From Candidatus Puniceispirillum sp. (GTDB lineage: Bacteria; Pseudomonadota; Alphaproteobacteria; Caedimonadales; UBA1908), in contig PNJU01000005.1 of assembly GCA_013822015.1 (NCBI GenBank), positions 72,071 to 136,070 of the forward strand: a stretch of 64,000 bases of DNA, read 5' to 3'. Every line of letters starts with the position of its first letter. The first letter of the stretch is position 1. A program made the translations under genes and the position numbers. The notes beneath the pieces were generated by a model, which did no database searches, was not told the DNA's origin, and was given only the letters and a program-made list of their open reading frames with translations. Positions 9,745-19,742 of the stretch are shown here, piece after piece.

Positions 9745-10386
9745 TTAGAAGTCGTAAGAGATCTTACCAAGGACGAGGTTTGAATCAAGCTCGCCTTTGC
9801 CAATGCCATCGTTGAACTTGATGTCCTGATCCCAGTAGTGACGGTACTCAACGCCAAACTTCCAACGCTCAGCAAAGCGAACGTCGGCACCTGCGCCAAC
9901 ACCAAAGCCCCAAACTGTGCTGCTCTTTGAGTATGTCGTGCTTGGTGACACGGAAAGATTTGTCAGCTCAGCCTTTGCACCCATGGCGCGGCCAGATAGG
10001 AGGCCATAGAGGCTCCACTTGTTGCCAAAGTCCCAACCGAGACGTGCGTTCAGTGCACCGAATGCATTGGGCTTAAAGGTGGTCTTATAATCTGATCCAG
10101 CATAGCTGAAGTTGTTGGATGGATTTCCAGCAATGCCGCCGACCTCAATACCAAAACCGTAAAGCCATGAGTTGGCCATGGAGTGTGTCCAGTCAAGTGT
10201 CACAGCGATTGGTGCTGTGCTGTATGTGCTGTCATTGATCTTGGTGCCGTTGTTAAACTTTGTGTCGATGCTTGTGCCTTGCCAGCCAGCCAAGAGGCCA
10301 ACGGACCAGTTCTTCTTAGCGCAGTTAGCTTGAGCGGATGCTGCAAGAATCATAGCGGCAGCTGAGGCCAAAAGAATATTTCTCAT
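9745..10386 (-). CDS. Outer-membrane beta-barrel protein, paralog 2
   Basis: Same N-terminus MRNILLASAAA…AQANCAK; shared NARLGWDFGNKW and YRHYW; C-terminal ISYDF beta-signal. Confidence 0.88.
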   Translation of the reverse strand: MRNILLASAAAMILAASAQANCAKKNWSVGLLAGWQGTSIDTKFNNGTKINDSTYSTAPIAVTLDWTHSMANSWLYGFGIEVGGIAGNPSNNFSYAGSDYKTTFKPNAFGALNARLGWDFGNKWSLYGLLSGRAMGAKAELTNLSVSPSTTYSKSSTVWGFGVGAGADVRFAERWKFGVEYRHYWDQDIKFNDGIGKGELDSNLVLGKISYDF

Positions 10387-10590
10387 TTATTTTTCTCCCT
10401 ATAATGAGTCGTTACATTTCCAGAATACACAAGGCGTCACTGTGTGCCACATCAATTTGCCCCCTGGATGTGCATTTTTGAATCGTCGTTGCAGATATGA
10501 CACAAAACAGGCGCCAGAAACCAAATATTTGACAAATAGAAAACAATAAAATAAAAAAACACAAAACAAACCCCATCAATAAGGTAAATT

Positions 10591-11046
10591 ATGTCTAAAA
10601 TTTTAATTGCACTTTGTGCTTTTCTGGCAATGACTGCCTGGGCGACGCATGAAGATCTTGCGCAAGACTGTGATGCAAAAAAGAATGTGCACCGCGGCGT
10701 GCTCGCCGACCTTCCATCTGAGTCCCGTCTGCATATTTATCTAGGGCGCATGCCTTGCACAGATGGCAACCAGATCGCGGATGCGCGGCCTGATCAGTGT
10801 GATCCTTTTCAAAAAAGCGGTGTACCTGGTGTGCGTTCAGTTGCGCGCGCTTTTGTGTGCCGTGATCAAAGGGTTTGCCTGTTTGAAGGGTATAGGAACC
10901 TGGGACACTTTTATCTCAAAAAGGGACTGATGTGCGAGGCGAGGGAAGCATTTCATACAGCTATCTCACAAGGCAGCCATGCGGTTTGCGCAAAAGAAGT
11001 TGAGGCTGTGCGCGCCTGTCTTATGAAGCACGGCCTGCGTCGATAG
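10591..11046 (+). CDS. Hypothetical secreted Cys-rich protein with a TPR-like motif
   Basis: Signal peptide ending TAWA; YRNLGHFYLKKGLMCEAREAFHTAI resembles one TPR unit. Confidence 0.55.
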   Translation: MSKILIALCAFLAMTAWATHEDLAQDCDAKKNVHRGVLADLPSESRLHIYLGRMPCTDGNQIADARPDQCDPFQKSGVPGVRSVARAFVCRDQRVCLFEGYRNLGHFYLKKGLMCEAREAFHTAISQGSHAVCAKEVEAVRACLMKHGLRR

Positions 11047-11147
11047 ACGTTCTCGCATAAAGCATTATATTCTGGAAAGGCAGCGCTTGCCAAAGAGGCG
11101 CTTGCCTTCTAGAATCACGTGCATTGCGTGAAACGGGAACCCTATCC

Positions 11148-12281
11148 ATGATCGAATTTCTGGCCTCATTTTTCTACAACGTTTTTCCCTTTATTATTAT
11201 TTTATCCCTCCTCGTTTTTGTGCACGAGATGGGGCACTACCTGGTTGCTCTTCGCAACGGGGTGCGGGTTGATGTGTTCTCCATTGGGTTTGGACCTGAG
11301 ATTTTTGGCTGGCACGACAAGCGTGGCACACGCTGGAAGGTGAGTTACGTGCCGCTAGGTGGGTATGTGCGCTTCTTTAGTGACGCCAATGCCGCCTCAC
11401 AGCCTGACTTTGCAAGCATTGAGGCCATGAGTGAGGAAGACAAAGCCTCAACGCTTTTTCATAAAACCGTGTGGCAGCGCATGGCCATTTCCTTTGCCGG
11501 TCCTGCGGCCAATTACTTGTACGCCCTTGTTGTGCTCACGCTTCTTTACGCAGTGATGGGCGCGCGCGTGCCAACGGGCGAGGTGCTCATTGGGCAGGTG
11601 ATGGAGGGAAGCGCTGCGCAAAAGGCAGGGATTGCGCCTCAGGATATTCTTGTTTCCATGGACGGTGAGAGGCTCGCAACACCCACAGCTGTGCAGAATT
11701 TTGTGAAAACCCGCCCCGGACAAGAAGTGCACGCCGTGATCAAACGCGCGGGCCATGAAATGGCTTTGCCGATTACATTAGGTGAAAAGGCCACGCACAA
11801 TAAACGCCTGGGGACCCTGGGTGTAGAGCTTGGTGCGGGCACCAAGCATGTAGATATCGCGCTTTACGCAGCGCCCTGGGAGGCGACCAAGCAGATCGGG
11901 CACGTGACATGGGATTCCCTTGCGACCTTTGGGCAGATGATTATGGGCGAGCGCTCCGCCGATGGTCTCAGTGGCCCCATTGGCATCGCCCTTTTTGCAG
12001 GGGAGGCGGCCAAGCGTGATCTTTTTGAACTGGTGTGGCTTTCTGTCTTTTTGTCCATTAGCCTTGGACTTATTAATCTTTTTCCCATTCCCATGCTTGA
12101 TGGCGGACACATTCTCTTCTATACCATCGAAGCAGTTCGTGGTAAGCCACTGAGTGAAAAAGCCCAAGAGATTGGCTTTCGCATCGGATTTGCCATCGTG
12201 GGAACGCTGATTGTGTTTTCCACATGGAATGATCTGTCCAGGCTCAAAATCTTTGGATGGATTGCACAGCTCTTTAATTAA
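11148..12281 (+). CDS. rseP: RIP metalloprotease RseP
   Basis: HEMGH zinc motif, FSIGFGP, PLGGYV, PDZ domain, NLFPIPMLDGGH. Confidence 0.97.
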   Translation: MIEFLASFFYNVFPFIIILSLLVFVHEMGHYLVALRNGVRVDVFSIGFGPEIFGWHDKRGTRWKVSYVPLGGYVRFFSDANAASQPDFASIEAMSEEDKASTLFHKTVWQRMAISFAGPAANYLYALVVLTLLYAVMGARVPTGEVLIGQVMEGSAAQKAGIAPQDILVSMDGERLATPTAVQNFVKTRPGQEVHAVIKRAGHEMALPITLGEKATHNKRLGTLGVELGAGTKHVDIALYAAPWEATKQIGHVTWDSLATFGQMIMGERSADGLSGPIGIALFAGEAAKRDLFELVWLSVFLSISLGLINLFPIPMLDGGHILFYTIEAVRGKPLSEKAQEIGFRIGFAIVGTLIVFSTWNDLSRLKIFGWIAQLFN

Positions 12282-12341
12282 ACGGTTGGGCCTGTGTGGC
12301 CTGGCACAAACAGACAACACAAACAAGTGAAGGGGATACGA

Positions 12342-14606
12342 GTGAGTTCGTTTAAGAAAACCTTTGTTTTAGGTTTAATGCTGGCATCGAGCGGGGCAAG
12401 TGTCTTTGCAGCCTCATATGATATTAAACGCGTCCAGATCACAGGCGGCGTACGTGTGGAGCGTGAGACGGTTCTGTCCCACCTGAATATTCGCCCCGGT
12501 GATCACGTGGATGACGAGGGCCTCGATCAAGGTTTGAAGCGTCTTTTTGAATCAGGTCTGTTTGTGGACGCCCACCTTGAGGTGCATGGCAATACCCTGG
12601 CGGTACAGATCAAAGAAAACCCCATTGTGAACCAGATCCAAATTGAGGGGAACGACGATATTTCTGACAAGATCCTCATGTCAGAGCTCAGCCTCAAGCC
12701 ACGCCAGGTTTACACTCTGTCCCGTGTGAAGGCGGATACGAAGCGCATTCAGGACATCTACCGCGTGAAGGGATTTTTTGGCGCCATTGTGACCCCAAAA
12801 ATTATTCAAAAAGATCAAAACCGTGTGGATGTGGTCTTTGAGGTGAAGGAAGGCGAAAAGACGGCCGTGCGGCAGATCTATTTCGTGGGTAACAAGCACT
12901 ACGGCGCGGGAAAACTTGAGTCCACCATTCAAACCAAGGAAACCCGGTGGTACCGCTTTTTCACCAACGATGATAACTATGATCCTGACCGCTTGGCCTA
13001 TGACCAAGAGCTTTTGCGCAAGTTCTACCTTGAACACGGTTACGCCGACTTTGCGGTGAAATCGGCTGTGGCAGAGCTCAGCCCCGACAAGAAGGATTTC
13101 TACATCACCTTTACCTTGAATGAAGGTGAGCGCTACCGGTGCGGCGCCGTGAAGGTTGTCTCCAACATTGCAGATGTGGACACAGGAAGCCTCTTGGGTG
13201 AGCTGACGCTGACGGAAGGCGACTGGTATTCTTCCAAGGAAGTAGAGCGCACCACAAACAAGCTTGTGGAGGCATTGGGGGCCAAGGGATACGCCTTTGT
13301 AGACGTGCGCCCCGTCCCCACCAAGGATCCCGAAACCCATGTGATTTCTCTCACCTTTGAGATCAACGAAGGGCCTAAGGTTTATGTGGACCGTGTTGTG
13401 ATTGCGGGTAACGAGCGTACGGACGAGGACGTCATCCGCCGCGAGCTGCGCTTCCAAGAAGGTGACGCCTATAACAGCAACGAGATTAAAGTGTCTGAAA
13501 ACCGCTTGAAGAGCCTTGGGTACTTCAAGAAGGTGACGGTACAACGTGAAGCGGCTAAGGCCCCAGATCAGGCCAACATCATGATTGATGTGGAAGAGGA
13601 TTCAACGGGTGAAATCTCCTTGGGTGGAGGCTTCTCTGACTCCGACGGTGTTTTGGCCAATATCAATTTCTCAGAGCGTAACTTCCGCGGTAAAGGCCAA
13701 ATTTTATCCATGGGTGTGACCCTGGCAAAGAAACGTCAAGAGTATGACTTTAGCTTTACAGAGCCGTACTTCATGGGCAAGGAGCTTTCCGCTGGTTTTG
13801 ACCTTTTCCGTGTGACCACACGTAAGTACCAGGACTCCGCCTTTGACCAAAAGACCTTTGGTGGACGCCTGCGCACGGGTTATATGCTCGCGGATTATCT
13901 ATCCCAAGGATGGTCCTATACCCTGCAACACGAAAATATTACAGGCGTGAATATTTATGCGTCCCGTTATATTCTCGAGCAACTGGGGGCCACAAACGCG
14001 TCCATTTTGGGACACAACATCCAGTATGACCGTAGGGACAACCGGATCGATCCGACGGAAGGCTATTTCTATGGCATGAGCAATGACTGGGCTGGTCTTG
14101 GTGGACAGGTGCGCTTCTTGCGTAACAAGCTCTTTGGGGGCTGGTACTATCCCCTTTGGGACGAGGTCGTCTTTGGTTTGAAGGGCAGCTATGGCCATAT
14201 GTTTGAGATTGGACGAAAGATCCGCGTGGCAGACCGCTTCTTCCTGGGAGGCGAATCCTTCCCTGGTTTCGAGCCCAGTGGTATTGGACCACGCGACCGT
14301 TTGACAGACGACCCCTTGGGTGGTCGCCAGAGCTTTGTCACTTCTGGCGAGGTTGTCTTCCCCTTGGGTCTTCCCAGCGAGTTTGACGTGAAAGGCGCGG
14401 CCTTTACTTATTTAGGCTCTGTCTGGAACTCGGGAGACCCCTCCTTGTACGTGAATGAGCTGAAGAAAGTCCGCGGGAGCGTGGGCATTGGTGTGCGCTG
14501 GAAGTCTCCCATGGGGCCCATCAGCATTGACTTTGCCTATGCGTACATGAAGGACAAGAAGGATAAGACTCAGCCGATCTTGTTTGGATTCTCAACACGG
14601 TTCTAG
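12342..14606 (+). CDS. bamA: Outer membrane protein assembly factor BamA
   Basis: POTRA repeats, Omp85 barrel, C-terminal Phe; rseP-bamA-skp context; GTG start after AAGGGGA. Confidence 0.97.
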   Translation: MSSFKKTFVLGLMLASSGASVFAASYDIKRVQITGGVRVERETVLSHLNIRPGDHVDDEGLDQGLKRLFESGLFVDAHLEVHGNTLAVQIKENPIVNQIQIEGNDDISDKILMSELSLKPRQVYTLSRVKADTKRIQDIYRVKGFFGAIVTPKIIQKDQNRVDVVFEVKEGEKTAVRQIYFVGNKHYGAGKLESTIQTKETRWYRFFTNDDNYDPDRLAYDQELLRKFYLEHGYADFAVKSAVAELSPDKKDFYITFTLNEGERYRCGAVKVVSNIADVDTGSLLGELTLTEGDWYSSKEVERTTNKLVEALGAKGYAFVDVRPVPTKDPETHVISLTFEINEGPKVYVDRVVIAGNERTDEDVIRRELRFQEGDAYNSNEIKVSENRLKSLGYFKKVTVQREAAKAPDQANIMIDVEEDSTGEISLGGGFSDSDGVLANINFSERNFRGKGQILSMGVTLAKKRQEYDFSFTEPYFMGKELSAGFDLFRVTTRKYQDSAFDQKTFGGRLRTGYMLADYLSQGWSYTLQHENITGVNIYASRYILEQLGATNASILGHNIQYDRRDNRIDPTEGYFYGMSNDWAGLGGQVRFLRNKLFGGWYYPLWDEVVFGLKGSYGHMFEIGRKIRVADRFFLGGESFPGFEPSGIGPRDRLTDDPLGGRQSFVTSGEVVFPLGLPSEFDVKGAAFTYLGSVWNSGDPSLYVNELKKVRGSVGIGVRWKSPMGPISIDFAYAYMKDKKDKTQPILFGFSTRF

Positions 14607-14615
14607 GAGGAACAT

Positions 14616-15179
14616 ATGCGTCAACTTTTTCGCCTGACTTTTGCAGCGTGCATGATGGCTTGCTTAAGTAGTGGAGAAGTTGGCGCAAGCTCTTTTCTCG
14701 TTGTGGACCATGATCGCATGATGGCGGAGTCCCAGGCTGCGGAAAAAGTGAAGCGCGAGATTGAGGAAAAGCGAAAGCAGTTTCAAGCCGAGCTTGATAA
14801 TTTGGAAAAAGGTCTGCGTCAGGAAGAGGAATCTTTGAAAGCGCAAGAAACCCAGCTCAGCGAGCAGGTCTTCACGCAAAAGCGCCTGGCCTTTTCAGGG
14901 CGCGTGAATATGGTCCACGAAAAGGTTTCCCAGCGCCGTGCGGAACTGGAGCAAGCCATTCAGGAAGCACGCGTGCAAATTGTTGATAAAATCTCAGACA
15001 TCGTGGCGCAGATTGCCAAGGAGCAGAGAGCAGATGTGGTGCTGCCCAAGGCGGGTCTTGTATTCTCAAGACCATCTCTTGACGTGACAGACGAAGCCCT
15101 CAAGCGCTTAAACACGCAGTTGCCTGAGGTGAAAATTACCTTTAAAAAACAAACCGAGCTTGGTGTTCCTAAGGAGTAA
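14616..15179 (+). CDS. skp: OmpH/Skp periplasmic chaperone
   Basis: Signal peptide, coiled-coil body, DVTDEALKRLN; located between bamA and lpxD. Confidence 0.88.
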   Translation: MRQLFRLTFAACMMACLSSGEVGASSFLVVDHDRMMAESQAAEKVKREIEEKRKQFQAELDNLEKGLRQEEESLKAQETQLSEQVFTQKRLAFSGRVNMVHEKVSQRRAELEQAIQEARVQIVDKISDIVAQIAKEQRADVVLPKAGLVFSRPSLDVTDEALKRLNTQLPEVKITFKKQTELGVPKE

Positions 15180-15182
15180 GAC

Positions 15183-16196
15183 ATGCCAGATTCTCGTTTT
15201 TTTAAAAAGATACGCGCTTTTTCCGTTGAAGAGGTTTGCGCCCTGACAGGTGCCACATGTGATGCAGACGCCGCGCGTCTCATACATGACGTGGGGACCC
15301 TTGAGGAAGCGGGCGAGGGGCAGGCAGCCTGCTTTCATAACCGCGCTTACCTAGAGGCTTTTAAAAACACGAAAGCCTCCTTTTGCTTTGTCACAAAGGA
15401 GCTTGCGTCCCACGCGCCCGAGGGGCTGGTGTGCCTTGTGACACCTTCTCCCTACCGCGCCTTTGGTCTTTTTTGTCAAGCCCTTTACCCGAGCGTCGAC
15501 CGCGATTTTGAGGCCTGTGATACACGTATTCACCCTACGGCCATCCTTGGAGAGGGATGCATTGTTGAGCCAGGTGCTGTGGTCATGCGAAACGCGCATG
15601 TTGGCGAGGGCACCCATATCGGTGCAAATGCGGTTGTGGGCAAAGGCGTTGTGGTCGGAAAGAACTGCGTGATCGAACCTTGCGTGACCCTCTCCCATTG
15701 CGTCCTTGGGGACAACATTGTGCTTTTGGCAGGCGCGCGCATTGGGCAGGCAGGATTTGGCTTCTTTATGGATGAAAAGGGGCACGTGAAGGTACCTCAG
15801 CTGGGGCGGGTGATCGTTGAGGATAACGTTGAAATTGGGGCAGGGACCACCATTGACCGCGGGAGCATGTCTGATACGGTTATTGGACGCGGATCGCGCA
15901 TTGATAATCTTGTGCAACTTGGTCACAATGTGCGCCTTGGCAAAGGATGTGTGATTGTGGCGCAGGTAGGCATTGCAGGTAGCACCCAGCTGGGTGACTA
16001 TGTCATCGCCGCAGGCCAAGCAGGCCTTGCAGGCCATTTGAAAATTGGATCGGGCGTACGCATTGCCGCACAAAGCGGCATTGTGCGTGACGTACCGGAA
16101 GGACAAACAGTTGCAGGCACACCGGCCGTGCCCGTGAAACAGTGGCATCGCCAGAGTGTGATGCTGGCAAAACTCGTGACAAAGGAACAAAGCTAA
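15183..16196 (+). CDS. lpxD: UDP-3-O-(3-hydroxyacyl)glucosamine N-acyltransferase
   Basis: Hexapeptide repeats, [26 protein letters not shown]. Confidence 0.97.
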   Translation: MPDSRFFKKIRAFSVEEVCALTGATCDADAARLIHDVGTLEEAGEGQAACFHNRAYLEAFKNTKASFCFVTKELASHAPEGLVCLVTPSPYRAFGLFCQALYPSVDRDFEACDTRIHPTAILGEGCIVEPGAVVMRNAHVGEGTHIGANAVVGKGVVVGKNCVIEPCVTLSHCVLGDNIVLLAGARIGQAGFGFFMDEKGHVKVPQLGRVIVEDNVEIGAGTTIDRGSMSDTVIGRGSRIDNLVQLGHNVRLGKGCVIVAQVGIAGSTQLGDYVIAAGQAGLAGHLKIGSGVRIAAQSGIVRDVPEGQTVAGTPAVPVKQWHRQSVMLAKLVTKEQS

Positions 16197-16658
16197 ATGA
16201 GTACGCTTTTAGATGTAACGCAGATCATGGATCTAATCCCCCACCGCTATCCCATGCTCCTTGTGGACTCCTTGGAGGTGATTGAGAACTTTGAAAAGGC
16301 CGTTGGTATGAAGAATGTGACCTTTAATGAACCGCATTTTCAAGGACACTTTCCAAATTTCCCCATTATGCCCGGGGTGATGATTGTGGAGGCCATGGCC
16401 CAAACCGCAGGTGCCCTCATTGTGCACTCTTACCGTGATCAGGATCCAGAAGGCATGCGCGACACGCAGGTGTTCTTCATGTCCATTGAGGAAGCGCGCT
16501 TTCGTAAGCCCGTTCTGCCTGGTCACACCCTGAAAATGTGCGTGCAAAAAATTCAAAATAGGCGCACAGTTTGGAAGTTCAAGGGCGAAGCCTATGTGGG
16601 GGACACCCTCCACGCAGAGGCCACCTTCACGGCCATGATTGCCCAAAAAGAGAGCTAG
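16197..16658 (+). CDS. fabZ: 3-hydroxyacyl-ACP dehydratase
   Basis: IPHRYPMLLVD, FQGHFP..PIMPGV, FRKPVLPG. Confidence 0.98.
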   Translation: MSTLLDVTQIMDLIPHRYPMLLVDSLEVIENFEKAVGMKNVTFNEPHFQGHFPNFPIMPGVMIVEAMAQTAGALIVHSYRDQDPEGMRDTQVFFMSIEEARFRKPVLPGHTLKMCVQKIQNRRTVWKFKGEAYVGDTLHAEATFTAMIAQKES

Positions 16659-16674
16659 GAAAGGCCCCAGACCT

Positions 16675-17487
16675 ATGGCAAAAACCCTTATTCACCCCAC
16701 GGCTGTTCTCGACAAGACCGTTGAGCTAGGCGTTGGCGTGGAAATTGGCCCTTACTGTGTCGTGACGGGTAATGTTTCCCTTGGCGATCACGTGAAGCTC
16801 CACTCCCATGTGGTGGTTGCAGGCCCCGCGCAAACGACCATTGGCGCGCACACGACCCTTTTTCCCTTTGCCTCCATCGGGCACATTTCCCAAGACCTCA
16901 AGTATGAGGGCGAGCCCTCAACCCTCGAGATCGGCGCGCACACCAATATCCGTGAGTATGTCACCATCCAGCCCGGCACAAAGGGCGGGATCATGAAGAC
17001 CGTTGTGGGTGACCACTGCCACATCATGATCAACGCCCACATCGCCCATGACTGTGTGGTGGGCAACCACGTCATCATGTCCAACTGCGCCACCCTTGCG
17101 GGACACGTGGTGGTGGAGGATGAGGCCATCATTGGTGGTTTGGCCGCCATTCACCAGTTTGTACGTATTGGACGCGGCGCCATGATTGGCGGCATGAGCG
17201 GTGTTGAGCGTGATGTGATTCCCTTTGGCAGTGTTAAGGGCGAGCGTGCCTTTTTAAACGGCCTTAACATTATTGGCCTAAAGCGTCGGGGTTTTGAGCG
17301 TGAGGATGTGCGGGTCTTAAAGGACGTGTACGAGGGGCTTTTCCACGCTCCCGGCACCTTGAGTCAGCGTGTGCAGGAGATGCAAGATAAATACGGGGAT
17401 CATCCCCGCGCCCAGGAGCTTCTGGCCTTTGTGTGCGCCGAATCCTCGCGCTCCTTTTGTCTGCCCCGGGAAAAGGAAGAACAGTGA
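16675..17487 (+). CDS. lpxA: Acyl-ACP--UDP-N-acetylglucosamine O-acyltransferase
   Basis: IHPTA hexapeptide repeats, QDLKY, HIAHDC, LAGHV, HQFVRIG. Confidence 0.97.
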   Translation: MAKTLIHPTAVLDKTVELGVGVEIGPYCVVTGNVSLGDHVKLHSHVVVAGPAQTTIGAHTTLFPFASIGHISQDLKYEGEPSTLEIGAHTNIREYVTIQPGTKGGIMKTVVGDHCHIMINAHIAHDCVVGNHVIMSNCATLAGHVVVEDEAIIGGLAAIHQFVRIGRGAMIGGMSGVERDVIPFGSVKGERAFLNGLNIIGLKRRGFEREDVRVLKDVYEGLFHAPGTLSQRVQEMQDKYGDHPRAQELLAFVCAESSRSFCLPREKEEQ

Positions 17488-18299
17488 CGACCTCTCTTGG
17501 CATTATTGCAGGGCAGGGCGCGCTGGTGGAAAACCTCGTCTCTGCCTGCCAAGAACAAGAGCGGTCCTACTTCATCATCGCCCTTGAGGGGCAGTGCGAT
17601 AAGGCCTTTGTGGAAAAACACCCCCATGCCTGGGTGGGACTTGCCCAGGTTGGGAAGGCACTGACCTATCTTAAGGACGCGGGCGCAAAGGATCTCGTGA
17701 TGGTGGGCGCCGTCAAGCGTCCTTCATTTTCCAGCCTCAAACCTGACTTTGTGGGGGCCAAGTGGCTTGCCCAAATGGTGGGTAAGGTCCAGGGCGATGA
17801 TGGACTCTTGCGTTATATTACTGAGAAACTAGAAGCAGAAGGTTTTCGTATTGTAGGCGTTGAGTCCCTCCTTGGAGAGACACTCCTGGGTGGTAAGGGA
17901 ACCCTTACCCATACGGCACCCAAAGAGCATCACATGCACGATATTGCCCGTGGGCGTGGGGTTTTGGAGGCGCTCGCACCCCAAGACGTGGGCCAAGCAA
18001 TTGTCATCCAGGACGGCCTTGTGCTGGGCATTGAGGCCATTGAGGGGACACAGGCCCTTATCGAGCGCACAGCGCACCTTGCGCGTCCGGCCCTGTCGCG
18101 CCCTGTCCTTATAAAGATGCCCAAAGCCACCCAAGACATGCGCCTTGACCGGCCAACCCTTGGGCCCCTGACCATAGACGCCCTTGTGGCAGCTGGGTTT
18201 GCCGGCGTTGCGTATCAGGGGAGGGAGGTGATTGTCTTGTCCAGGCAAGAGGTTATCCATAAGGCCAATGCTGGGGGACTTTTTGTCCATGGCTTTTAA
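17484..18299 (+). CDS. lpxI: UDP-2,3-diacylglucosamine diphosphatase LpxI
   Basis: LGIIAGQG, GDDGLL, DVGQA, EAIEGT, QDMRLDRPTLG; between lpxA and lpxB. Confidence 0.92.
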   Translation: MTTSLGIIAGQGALVENLVSACQEQERSYFIIALEGQCDKAFVEKHPHAWVGLAQVGKALTYLKDAGAKDLVMVGAVKRPSFSSLKPDFVGAKWLAQMVGKVQGDDGLLRYITEKLEAEGFRIVGVESLLGETLLGGKGTLTHTAPKEHHMHDIARGRGVLEALAPQDVGQAIVIQDGLVLGIEAIEGTQALIERTAHLARPALSRPVLIKMPKATQDMRLDRPTLGPLTIDALVAAGFAGVAYQGREVIVLSRQEVIHKANAGGLFVHGF

Positions 18300-19440
18300 A
18301 AAAAACCCTCTTATTTACCTTGTGGCCGGCGAGGCGTCCGGCGATCTCCTTGGCAGCCGCCTCATGGCGCGTCTTTTGGCTCTTTATCCTGAGGCGCGCT
18401 TTATGGGTATCGGGGGTACGCGCATGTGCGCCCAGGGGATGAAGAGCCTTTTTCCCATGGAGGAGCTGTCTCTTATGGGGCTTGCGGAAGTGCTGCCCCA
18501 TGCGCGGCGTTTGCTGGGACGTATTCAGGAGGTGGCAAAGGACATTGAGGCACAAAAGCCGGACGTGCTTGTGACCATTGACGCACCGGGTTTTAACTTT
18601 CGCTTGGCCAAAAAAGTGCGGGCATTCTCCAAGCCTCCTGCCATGATCCACTATACGGCGCCCACAGTCTGGGCATGGCGTCCGGGGCGCGCTGAAAAAA
18701 TCGCCCATCTTTTTGATCATCTCCTGACCCTTTTCCCCTTCGAGCCATCTTACTTTACCCCCCATGGGCTCAAGACCACCTTTGTGGGCCACCCTTTGGT
18801 GGAGGACGAGCGGCTGAAAAACCCAGCCTTTGATTTTCGCGCCAAACACGGAATCGATGCGCGCGCGCCTCTTCTGATGCTTCTGCCCGGCAGTCGCCTG
18901 GGGGAGATCACGCGCCATGGTCCCTTGTTTATGAAAGCGGTGCGCCAGCTTCAGGAAAAAGTCCCCGGCCTTCAGGTCGTATGCCCAACTCTTCCAGGTC
19001 TTGAAAAGACGCTGCGGGGCTTGGCCCCGTCCTCAATACCCATACATTTTGTGAGCGAGGAGGACGAAAAATACGCGGCCATGTGGGCGGCGGACGCGGC
19101 GCTTGCGGCCTCTGGCACTGTGACCTTGGAGCTCGCCCTCACCAACACGCCCATGGTTGTTGCCTATAAAGTGAATTGGTTCACAGCGTTTCTTTTGGGT
19201 TTTTTGATGAAGACGCCTTTTGTGAGTCTCGTCAACATCTTAGAGGGCAGAGAAATCGTGTCCGAGCGCCTTCAAAAGGGCGCCACACCCACGCTGCTTG
19301 CCCAAGATTTGGCCGCGCTTTTGGGTGCAATGGGCACCCGGCAGCGCGCTGAGCTGAAAAAAATCCAGCCTCATCTGATGACAGGAAAAGACACCGACCC
19401 TAGCCTCGCTGCTGCCCAAGTTGTCGCCCACTATTTCTGA
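18289..19440 (+). CDS. lpxB: Lipid-A-disaccharide synthase
   Basis: AGEASGDLLG, IDAPGFN, PTVWAWR, FVGHPL, LLPGSR, SGTVTLE. Confidence 0.97.
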   Translation: MAFKKNPLIYLVAGEASGDLLGSRLMARLLALYPEARFMGIGGTRMCAQGMKSLFPMEELSLMGLAEVLPHARRLLGRIQEVAKDIEAQKPDVLVTIDAPGFNFRLAKKVRAFSKPPAMIHYTAPTVWAWRPGRAEKIAHLFDHLLTLFPFEPSYFTPHGLKTTFVGHPLVEDERLKNPAFDFRAKHGIDARAPLLMLLPGSRLGEITRHGPLFMKAVRQLQEKVPGLQVVCPTLPGLEKTLRGLAPSSIPIHFVSEEDEKYAAMWAADAALAASGTVTLELALTNTPMVVAYKVNWFTAFLLGFLMKTPFVSLVNILEGREIVSERLQKGATPTLLAQDLAALLGAMGTRQRAELKKIQPHLMTGKDTDPSLAAAQVVAHYF

Positions 19441-19730
19441 GGAGGTAAGGGAGGCCTTTCCTTTGGATGCATCCACTTTCCATGTTGAAGATTGGGATTA
19501 GGGACTACTGTGCTTCCCTCCCTTGACACCACAAGGATTTCTTTGGCGCCACCGTTTGCGAAAAGATCGTCAAGTAGCCGTTGAGCGAGCCCTTCAGCCT
19601 GCGCGTCTTGGGTCAGCTGGGGGGTGGGCTTTTCTTGAGCGCCTTCTTCTTTCATGTCCATGGGGTCACTGGCCAAAAGGGGTGTGGTCAGGGCACAAAG
19701 AAGCGCAAGTCTCGTTACGCGCATGTTCAT
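19431..19730 (-). CDS. Small hypothetical secreted protein
   Basis: AGGAG RBS; signal peptide RLALLCALTTPLLA; Pro-rich C-terminus. Confidence 0.6.
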   Translation of the reverse strand: MNMRVTRLALLCALTTPLLASDPMDMKEEGAQEKPTPQLTQDAQAEGLAQRLLDDLFANGGAKEILVVSREGSTVVPNPNLQHGKWMHPKERPPLPPQK

Positions 19731-19742
19731 GGGGTTTCTCCT

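Noticed and set aside
12681-13544. Long antisense ORFs over housekeeping genes (e.g. 12681-13544, 15351-16190, 18253-18918, 38768-39403, 42164-42901, 52979-53662)
   Set aside because: They lie entirely opposite well-supported genes and show no motifs; they are the shadow ORFs expected from codon bias.
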